A stretch of 26,907 nt of DNA from a virus (lineage: Duplodnaviria > Heunggongvirae > Uroviricota > Caudoviricetes), in the IMG/VR virus record IMGVR_UViG_2778261676_000004; one strand, written 5' to 3'. The position numbers and the translations under genes were made by a program. The notes under the pieces were generated by a model. The model had not been told where the DNA came from. It did no database searches and saw only the letters and a program-made list of their open reading frames with translations. Position 1 is the stretch's first letter. The number at the start of each line of letters is the position of its first letter. Shown here piece by piece: positions 7,796 through 15,083 of this stretch.

Positions 7796-8866
7796 ATGGC
7801 TAACGCCTGGCTCAGATTATGGCATGACATGCCAAATGACCCTAAGTGGCGAACAATTGCCAGGGTGTCAGGGCAGCCAATTGCAACAGTGATGGCAGTG
7901 TATATCCACCTCCTGGTGAGCGCGTCACGAAATGTCACGCGAGGTCACATTGATGTCACGACAGAAGATTTGGCAAGTGCGCTCGACGTGACAGAAGAGG
8001 TAATTGATTCAATTTTGCAGACGATGCAGGGGCGGGTACTTGATGGTGATTTAATCACTGGATGGGAAAAACGCCAGGTGCTTAAAGAGGACAACGGCAA
8101 TATTTCGCAAACCGCAAAATCTCCTGCAGAGCGCAAGAGGGCGCAGCGAGAGAGGGAAAGAAAGCGGGAACAAAATGGCGATTGTCACGGCGCGTCACGA
8201 AATGTCACGCACATGTCACGACGAGTCACGACAGATAAAGATACAGATAAAGATACAGATCAAGAAGATCAAAACACTATGGTCCATGGCGTAAAAAACG
8301 CCACGAACCAGGCAGGGGATGTTCAGACCGTCAATCTTGGTCAGCCAGCAGGCACGACACCGGAAGCCGATTCAGCGTATGCGCTGAAAGCCGATTCGGG
8401 CGCTGTGCAGCAGGTGATGACCGCAAGGCTGGAGCAATCACACCAACTGCAGCAGCCCGAAGCCGATTCCGCCATTCAGCGGGAAGCCGATCGGGTAGTC
8501 CCGGAAAACACCGGGCAGTCTGTGGGACGAGTGGATTATCCGGATGTGTTCGAACAGGTCTGGCGGGAGTACCCGTTGCGTGCCGGAGCAAACCCGAAGA
8601 AATCAGCTTTCAGTGCCTGGAAGGCCAGATTACGCGAGGGGGTGCCACCAGAGGCCATGCTGGATGGCGTGAGGCGTTACGCAAGATACTTGGCGGCTAC
8701 CGGGAAAACGGGAACGGAATTTGTTCAGCGAGCGACGACGTTTTTTGGACCGGACCGGAATTTTGAGAACCCCTGGTTGCTCCCGGTAAGCGGCACGAAC
8801 AACCAGCGTTGTGTGAATCATATTTCTGAACCGGATAACGAAATTCCGCCGGGCTTCAGGGGGTAA
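7796..8866 (+). CDS. Replication initiator, phage O-like (Phage_rep_O-type N-terminal domain)
   Basis: ATG at 7796 with GAGG 6 nt upstream; N-terminus MANAWLRLWHDMPNDPKWRTIARVSGQ typical of O-like replisome organisers; iteron arrays inside the coding sequence. Confidence 0.85.
   Translation: MANAWLRLWHDMPNDPKWRTIARVSGQPIATVMAVYIHLLVSASRNVTRGHIDVTTEDLASALDVTEEVIDSILQTMQGRVLDGDLITGWEKRQVLKEDNGNISQTAKSPAERKRAQRERERKREQNGDCHGASRNVTHMSRRVTTDKDTDKDTDQEDQNTMVHGVKNATNQAGDVQTVNLGQPAGTTPEADSAYALKADSGAVQQVMTARLEQSHQLQQPEADSAIQREADRVVPENTGQSVGRVDYPDVFEQVWREYPLRAGANPKKSAFSAWKARLREGVPPEAMLDGVRRYARYLAATGKTGTEFVQRATTFFGPDRNFENPWLLPVSGTNNQRCVNHISEPDNEIPPGFRG
7921..7962. repeat. Iteron-like cluster 1: four GTCACG/GTCACA repeats at about 10-bp spacing
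   Basis: GTCACG at 7924, 7934 and 7955 and GTCACA at 7944; helical-turn periodicity. Confidence 0.6.
8181..8257. repeat. Iteron-like cluster 2 (candidate ori): five GTCACG repeats then a GATAAAGATACA tandem duplication
   Basis: GTCACG at 8184, 8194, 8204, 8215 and 8225 (10-11 bp spacing), followed by GATAAAGATACAGATAAAGATACAGAT; lies in the apparent inter-domain linker of the O-like protein, as the origin does in lambda O. Confidence 0.65.
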
Positions 8867-8906
8867 GTGTTAATTTCTGGTCATGAGGTAATTTTCAGGA
8901 GGGCTT

Positions 8907-9329
8907 GTGGCAAAAGTTTTTACACAAGAAGAGCGGGAAAAAATTAAAGGACAGGTTGTTGAACTCGTACGCCAGAGTGGGCGTGAGACGTTACGGCAAC
9001 TGGAAGTCAAGACAGGTGCGACAAGATATCTGATGAGCGTTCTCGCAAGAGAGCTGGTTGCCAGCGGCGATGTATACAACTCTGGTTACGGGTTATTCCC
9101 GTCTGAACAGGCGCGTAAGGACTGGCAAAATGCCCGTAAAAAGCTCTCAAGGGCAAAGCTGAAGAAACCATCTGCGGTTGATCCGGACCTTATCTGGTCA
9201 TTACCTGACGGAGAAATACGTCGCTACGACAGGCGTCAGAACATAATCTGTCGCGAGTGCCGGAAGAGTGAAGTTATGCAGCGCATATTGTCGTTTTATC
9301 AGGGTGATGTTCGGTATTTATTGAAGTGA
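8907..9329 (+). CDS. Hypothetical protein following the O-like gene (GTG start)
   Basis: 140-aa ORF; GTG start with GGAGG upstream; basic and Cys-containing C-terminus (CRECRK); occupies the position where a P/DnaC-like helicase loader would normally lie. Confidence 0.55.
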   Translation: MAKVFTQEEREKIKGQVVELVRQSGRETLRQLEVKTGATRYLMSVLARELVASGDVYNSGYGLFPSEQARKDWQNARKKLSRAKLKKPSAVDPDLIWSLPDGEIRRYDRRQNIICRECRKSEVMQRILSFYQGDVRYLLK

Positions 9330-9530
9330 CGAGATTAAAGTGCATTAGTTCAGATGCAAATTGACATTTTGTGGCACAGGGTAGAGCTAGCGTGGTTGTC
9401 CGCTTTGTGCCAGGAGCGGACGTCTAGTTCGCTGAACCACAAAAAGTCGTTTCTAGTTATATTACTGGCTCATTAGTATCTTTATGCGATAATATTTCAT
9501 ACAACCAAAATTATGATGAAGGGAGTTCAA

Positions 9531-10652
9531 ATGGCAATTACGGTCTATTCTCGTACATTCAAAAAGGAATTGGACATGGTTCAATTGTTAAACCATTACT
9601 CATCAGATAACGCACTCAATTTCAGTGATTTCAAGGAATTTGTTGCCTTTGATGCAGAGTGCCCAATTTGCAATGTAAGCGGTGCGATTGTTGTTTCAGA
9701 AGGTTATTCGAAAAGAACAAATAAGATAGTCAGCCAATCTCATTTTTCGTTTAGAACAAAAGACGGAACTGATGCACACAAAGTATTTTGCGATCATTAC
9801 AGTGGTAATGATAAGCAAATAGATTCATCAAGGGATGGTTTTATAAAATTCGGCACCTCAGGTTCTGAGATTACAAGTATAATTCGCGAGCTTGTATGTA
9901 GAGGTATTGAACATGATGAGTTCAATCAGGAAGATATTCGAAACATGCGGCAATGGTTTACAGAATTACGCCAGTCAGGCACTTTTTCTGTTAACTATAG
10001 CCCTCACATGATCAATCTAATAAGGGCCAGCATGTATTCCCGTAAGGGAGAAAGTAAATATATTGTAGATGAAGAGAGGAAAAATAAATCCTGGTTTGAT
10101 ATAAACGATGAAGTGTATCGTTCGTTAAGATTCAAATATCCATCATTGATGATCGACATGACTAATGAAAATAATTCTGTTTTCTATAATCTTGTGAATA
10201 GTACCACATTTACTAAACAAGCACATCGATTAGTAGCACGAGATCGAGGTTATCAGGTTTATGATAGAAGGTTGCTTAAAGAAAAATATGAAGCAACGAT
10301 AAGAGTTGCACAAAAAATAACCAGGCATCACGAATTTCTTTTTAGGAAAATCAGGGGTATATCCGCTGTTAAAAAAAATAACCCCCTTTTGGCTGTATCT
10401 GCCTTGCTTCTTTTTGTCTCGGACTGGAATGAAACAACTGCAATCAACAAATTCATCAAATTGTGTGGTGTAGGGAAATCTAAAAATAATGATGAGGGGA
10501 ATGTAATTGGCTTAAATCCCTTTATTCATTACGATGTCTGGAATGTTATTCATCAACTTAAGGATTTAATGGTTACACTTCCAGACTTCTCAAATCTTGA
10601 TGAAGAATTTGACAGAGAAAAATCCAGATTAATTGAACTTTATAAGCTCTAA
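9531..10652 (+). CDS. Hypothetical protein, cargo gene A (no family recognised)
   Basis: 373 aa from ATG 9531 with AAGGGAG 5 nt upstream; strongly AT-rich coding sequence against a roughly balanced phage backbone; possible metal-binding motifs ECPICN and HKVFCDHY; no Walker A or nuclease motif seen. Confidence 0.8.
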   Translation: MAITVYSRTFKKELDMVQLLNHYSSDNALNFSDFKEFVAFDAECPICNVSGAIVVSEGYSKRTNKIVSQSHFSFRTKDGTDAHKVFCDHYSGNDKQIDSSRDGFIKFGTSGSEITSIIRELVCRGIEHDEFNQEDIRNMRQWFTELRQSGTFSVNYSPHMINLIRASMYSRKGESKYIVDEERKNKSWFDINDEVYRSLRFKYPSLMIDMTNENNSVFYNLVNSTTFTKQAHRLVARDRGYQVYDRRLLKEKYEATIRVAQKITRHHEFLFRKIRGISAVKKNNPLLAVSALLLFVSDWNETTAINKFIKLCGVGKSKNNDEGNVIGLNPFIHYDVWNVIHQLKDLMVTLPDFSNLDEEFDREKSRLIELYKL

Positions 10653-11265
10653 CATAAACTAGCAGGCTGCGTATACAGTCTGCTAATTTTCATAGTAAAG
10701 ACTTCATGCTTCAGTCTCGAGTTGGAGCTATCCGGCACACATCACCCAGGCAATTCAACCGAAATTTTTCATGGGGGGTAGAGAAGTTTTGTCTCGAAGA
10801 TTTGCTTTACAGCATACTAATCATTGAACCTCTGTTGAACCATAAGAAACTGGCAAGCACAATCCGTTGCTTGGGCATTGAATTCGACGATGCGTCGTAT
10901 AGCTCTGACTTGAACAAAACATAAGGTTTTTAGGGCTGCAACAGCACCTCTGTGTCATAGGCGGAAGTTAACAAACATTAAAATCTCTAAATCTGTAGGG
11001 ATCAGACTCCTTCTATAAAAGGATACTGTTCATATCCTTAGTTGTATATAGGTGTGTTTAGAGTATTAGGATGCTAGTTTTGAAAATTAATTTTTTAAAC
11101 ATATTGAATTTTTTAAGAATTGGGAATAGTGTATAGCTTTGTCATGGCGGATTTTTTCTCTTCACGTATTTATTTGAACACTACTTCTTGCACCTGCAAG
11201 GTTACAATATCGTGTAAATTTGTTCACAAAGACATAGATTATAATTTTTACTTAAAGGAAATTCA

Positions 11266-12519
11266 ATGTCAAAAAATCTCCCGGTTTTATTAAGCTCGCC
11301 ATCAACAACTAATTTTCCTGCAACAGTTAATACTGAAATAGAATTCCTTTCGCAAGCTAGAAAGTTGTTAGATTCTGGCTTCCCTGATCATGCTCTTTTA
11401 GATATATGGAATGCATCCATTCATAATCTTAGGCGGCGAATTGAGGCTTATGGTTTAGACTTATTCCTTTCCGCAATAAAGGATGATAGTGGTCGTAAAA
11501 AATATGATAAAGATGGTGAAACAATAAACGAGAGATGGTCAGGTGTAGATGATTTAGTGCTAATAAGTGGAGCCACCAAATTAGGGGTTCTGCATAAGAA
11601 AGCTGGAAAATCATTAGAAATGATCAATTGGATGAGAAACCATGCCTCTCCAGCCCATGCAAGTGATAGTAAAGTAGAGTCTGAGGATGTGTTTGCTTTG
11701 GCTCTTATGCTCCAGAAGAATTTATTCGAATCTGATATGCCAGACCCTGGACATTCGCCATCTGGATTATTTGAACCCATAAAAAAATCTGAACTATCAA
11801 TTGAGAGCATAGACTTACTTAAAGATCAAATAAGAGCATTTAAGCAAGCTGATATAAGAATAACATTTGGATTTTTATTGGATTTAATAACTAAGGGGGA
11901 AAATCCTGCTTATGTTAATGCTAGCAAGTTGTTTGAACAAGCATGGGAAAGATCTAATGATGACCTTAAAAAAACAGCGGGGGAAAGATATCACTCATTT
12001 ATGCTGGAGCCCGAATCGGATACAAGTGAGGATAAAGGAGCAAAAATAAGAATTTTAGAGACTTTAGTAAAAGTTAATGGTGTGAAATTTATACCTGATG
12101 CTGCTAGGGCAAGTTTATACAGACATGCGGTTAAACAGCTAGCTAAAGCTAAGGATACATCTTACGGCTGGAATGATGAAGAAAGAGCAGCCAAGGCACT
12201 TATACAATTTGGACCTCATGTTCCATCTATTGCTTTTGAAGATGTATATCAAGAAATACTTACTGTTTGGGTGGGGAATTACTGGGGAAGATCTGATGCA
12301 CATTTAGTACTTCAACCATTTTTAGATGTGTTAAATAGTAATCAATTGATGGCTCTCTCACGGTTGTTCGTGGAGAATGAAAGAGCAAATTCAGAACTGG
12401 TGTCATCAAGGCCCAAAAGAAGAGCAATAGAATTACTTGAGATAATAAAAAATAATCTAACAATTCAAGCAAGCATTGATGAAATTGATAGGATCATTTC
12501 TGAAATTGATAAAATGTAA
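11266..12519 (+). CDS. Hypothetical protein, cargo gene B (no family recognised; possible HEPN-like R-x6-H motif)
   Basis: 417 aa; ATG 11266 with AGGA upstream; AT-rich; motif WMRNHASPAH (nt 11635-11658) fits the HEPN R-x(4-6)-H pattern, but this is a weak single-motif match. Confidence 0.85.
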   Translation: MSKNLPVLLSSPSTTNFPATVNTEIEFLSQARKLLDSGFPDHALLDIWNASIHNLRRRIEAYGLDLFLSAIKDDSGRKKYDKDGETINERWSGVDDLVLISGATKLGVLHKKAGKSLEMINWMRNHASPAHASDSKVESEDVFALALMLQKNLFESDMPDPGHSPSGLFEPIKKSELSIESIDLLKDQIRAFKQADIRITFGFLLDLITKGENPAYVNASKLFEQAWERSNDDLKKTAGERYHSFMLEPESDTSEDKGAKIRILETLVKVNGVKFIPDAARASLYRHAVKQLAKAKDTSYGWNDEERAAKALIQFGPHVPSIAFEDVYQEILTVWVGNYWGRSDAHLVLQPFLDVLNSNQLMALSRLFVENERANSELVSSRPKRRAIELLEIIKNNLTIQASIDEIDRIISEIDKM

Positions 12520-13152
12520 TTTATTTGCAATTAAGCCATGCTTTTTAGGTGGCTTATTTTTTTTGAATCTACTACTTATATTGATATTAGCAATGTAATT
12601 GCTAAAGTATTCCTAGCCCACTATTCATCTAAATATGGTTGTCGAAAGGCCCGCTTCTCGCTCAAAGCGGACTAGAAGGTTAGCTTGCGTCGGACTTGGC
12701 GTATTTAAAGAAGTGCTGGTGGTGACTGGTTGTTGTGTTCCATTTCTACAGAACAAAATCACAGAAACTATACCCAATAGTTGTATCTCATCAATGATGA
12801 GACAGCCTCATATTTATCAGGACTGGTGTACGTCCAATACAGGAGGTTGTCGTGCTGGTTCTCAAATGTGCGCTGGCTATTGCAGCTGTAATGGCAATTT
12901 ATTGTCTTGCTGTTGTTCTTATGGATCGCCTTTCTGATTGATTTTATATTGGCGAGGTAACGGGAGTTAAGTAGAATGGCTGCGGGTGCTTGAGGCTATC
13001 TGTCTCAGGCATGAACACCAAAGGCAGATAGAGAAAAGCCCCAGTTAACATTACGCGTCCTGCAAGACGCTTAACATTAATCTGAGGCTCAATCTATGAA
13101 CGGCAAATCTAGGTTAGCCTCTTACGTGCCGAAAGGCAAGGAGAAGCAGGCT

Positions 13153-13308
13153 ATGAAGCAGCAAAAGGCGATGTTAATCGCCCTGATCGTCATCTGTTTA
13201 ACCGTCATAGTGACGGCACTGGTAACGAGGAAAGACCTCTGCGAGGTACGAATCCGAACCGGCCAGACGGAGGTTGCTGTCTTCGTGGACTACGAATCTG
13301 AGAAGTAA
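13153..13308 (+). CDS. Hok/Gef-family membrane toxin (type I toxin-antitoxin)
   Basis: 51 aa MKQQKAMLIALIVICLTVIVTALVTRKDLCEVRIRTGQTEVAVFVDYESEK, very close to my recollection of Gef/HokC; RBS AAGGAGAAG; in-frame upstream extension from 13096; 9-bp stem-loop GGCGGGAGA/TCTCCCGCC at 13318-13339 and a T8 run at 13391-13398 downstream. Confidence 0.8.
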   Translation: MKQQKAMLIALIVICLTVIVTALVTRKDLCEVRIRTGQTEVAVFVDYESEK

Positions 13309-13534
13309 GAGTGACCAGGCGGGAGAGTAATCTCCCGCCACCTCTGATGTGTCGGCATCCTCAACGCACCCGCGCTTAACCCTCTTGGCGTTTTTTTTGC
13401 TTTCAGATAATAAATTTACCAAAATGGTTTACAAAATCATTTTTTATGGTAATTTATTAGTCATGAAGTCTTCATCACAGGTTGTGCTTCGAAAATAGGC
13501 AGCCTGTTACTTATAGCGAATCGAGGAATTAACT

Positions 13535-13894
13535 ATGGCACTCACTGAATTCGGTAAGGCCGTTAGAAAAGCGAGGATAGATACCGACTGCACATTGCTT
13601 ACGATGGCCCAAGAACTGGGAGTAACTTCAGCTTTTCTGAGCGGTTTAGAAACAGGCAGTAAGAAAATCCCCAAAAAATGGGTAAAAGAGATTCAGGCTT
13701 TTTTCCTGAAAAGAGGTTATGAGATTAATAATCTTCAGGAATTGGCTGATGTATCTAATCAGTTTGTTTCCCTTGATGGATTGTCGCAAAATCAGCAAAT
13801 GTTGGTTGCTGGTTTTGCTAAATCCCCATTAACACCAGAGCAGTTAAAGCGAATAGCAGAGTTGATGAAAAGTATTAATCATGTTGAGGGATGA
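13535..13894 (+). CDS. HTH XRE-family transcriptional regulator
   Basis: 119 aa; N-terminal HTH-like TLLTMAQELGVTSAFLSGLETG; ATG with GAGGA RBS; stop immediately before the metallopeptidase gene. Confidence 0.8.
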   Translation: MALTEFGKAVRKARIDTDCTLLTMAQELGVTSAFLSGLETGSKKIPKKWVKEIQAFFLKRGYEINNLQELADVSNQFVSLDGLSQNQQMLVAGFAKSPLTPEQLKRIAELMKSINHVEG

Positions 13895-13897
13895 TCG

Positions 13898-14380
13898 TTG
13901 GAACAATCAGCTTACACATTACGTGGAAATCGTGTTGCACCAATGAGTATTGTTGATATAACAACTCGCGCTGTTAACTATAGCGCGATCTTCGACCTTA
14001 AAACGTTGAAAAGAAAAAAGCGGTTAGACCATGCATTTGAGTTGTTGAGTGAATATGGGATAACGCTCAATATCGTTGAGGATCGTGCGTGGACTAAAGC
14101 TACATATGATTTGACATCTGGGCATTACGATCCAATTACACTTACAATTAGTGTGCCGAATCATACATTTGAGTTGGCATGTAAAGGTGATAGAGAAGCA
14201 TTATTTGTGCTCTTTCATGAAATCGGACATTTGGTGTTGGGGCATAGAGCGTTATTTCACAGTTCCAATAAACCACCTTCGCAAATTGAAGATGCTGAAT
14301 GGCAAGCAGATTTGTTTGCTGAGGTGGTTTTGCGCGAATTAGGATTTTATATGGATCAACTATCATTTGACTTTTTATAA
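13898..14380 (+). CDS. ImmA/IrrE-family zinc metallopeptidase (HEXXH)
   Basis: 160 aa; HEIGHLVLGH contains the HEXXH zinc-binding motif; apparent TTG start 4 nt after the upstream stop, alternative ATG at 13943. Confidence 0.8.
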   Translation: MEQSAYTLRGNRVAPMSIVDITTRAVNYSAIFDLKTLKRKKRLDHAFELLSEYGITLNIVEDRAWTKATYDLTSGHYDPITLTISVPNHTFELACKGDREALFVLFHEIGHLVLGHRALFHSSNKPPSQIEDAEWQADLFAEVVLRELGFYMDQLSFDFL

Positions 14381-14403
14381 AAAAGCCCTGCTGTAACAGG
14401 GCT
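14376..14403 (-). terminator. Hairpin with a T-run on the minus strand (terminator for a leftward transcript, or bidirectional)
   Basis: AGCCCTG / CAGGGCT stem with loop CTGTAA; the A-run on plus (14370-14383) is a T-run on the minus strand. Confidence 0.4.
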
Positions 14404-14543
14404 TAGGATGGAAAGTCCGATAACTTTCCAGTGCAGATGGAGAACCCCACCGCCACACTTGGATTTGACAGATGCAAGTTTAGCGGTTCTCCCAACAAAT
14501 CGCAACCTGTATGGGGATACAGGTATGCAGGGACTTGCTTGTT

Positions 14544-14684
14544 ATGGCAATGAAAATCTGTAAGGAATGCGGAAAACCGTGCGAAATTATTTTTCGTTAT
14601 TCCGTTTGTATCAATGGAGTTATGCGATATGCGAGGAAGGGGCACCCTTTCCCGATTCCTGTTTGTGGTTGCTCCCGAACGTAG
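14544..14684 (+). CDS. Candidate small Cys-rich protein (46 aa)
   Basis: Hand-read ORF MAMKICKECGKPCEIIFRYSVCINGVMRYARKGHPFPIPVCGCSRT; C-x2-C ... C-x-C pattern suggests a zinc ribbon; no strong RBS; lies between two terminators. Confidence 0.25.
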   Translation: MAMKICKECGKPCEIIFRYSVCINGVMRYARKGHPFPIPVCGCSRT

Positions 14685-14705
14685 AGTTGCATAATGATCT
14701 AATCT

Positions 14706-14733
14706 AAACCCGCTTCGGCGGGTTTTTTGTTTT
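14706..14733 (+). terminator. Rho-independent terminator with TTCG tetraloop
   Basis: AAACCCGC TTCG GCGGGTTT followed by TTTTGTTTT. Confidence 0.75.
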
Positions 14734-14803
14734 ACGTATTCTGGTTTACAATCCACAGGCCAGCCTGAACAACTGGCACCTGCTGCGCCAGCAGAGACAA
14801 CCG

Positions 14804-15082
14804 ATGGCGCACGATACCAAATTACACAATTCTAATGATTCTGCTGTCTTTGCCAGCAGGTGCGGACGGCGTTTTCACGCATTCAAATCAGACTGGTTCC
14901 AGCATCCTCCATGCACTGAAGAGCAGGCTGAATGGATAATTCAGTGTTACCGCAGGCGTGGATACGAGGTTAAGAAAGCTCTTAGTCTCGACTATCGTCA
15001 CTGGATAATCTCAGTCAGACTCCCTTACTCCGAACGCCCACCGCGTCCGTCCCGCACATTCCAGCAACGGATCTGGAGGTAA
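14804..15082 (+). CDS. Hypothetical nin-region protein
   Basis: 92-aa ORF; stop at 15080-15082 directly before the GTG start of the next gene; weak RBS. Confidence 0.55.
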   Translation: MAHDTKLHNSNDSAVFASRCGRRFHAFKSDWFQHPPCTEEQAEWIIQCYRRRGYEVKKALSLDYRHWIISVRLPYSERPPRPSRTFQQRIWR

Positions 15083-15083
15083 C

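Noticed and set aside
10706-10924. 72-aa ORF in the spacer between the cargo genes
   Set aside because: No RBS and odd composition; kept only as part of the spacer observation, not as a gene.
12635-12937. 100-aa Cys-rich ORF upstream of hok, briefly considered as a bacteriocin-like peptide precursor
   Set aside because: No RBS before the ATG and no leader or processing features recognisable; more likely a chance frame in the region between cargo gene B and the hok leader.
14403-14756. 117-aa minus-strand ORF
   Set aside because: It reads straight through the strong plus-strand terminator hairpin and has no RBS; the region is better explained as structured non-coding RNA.
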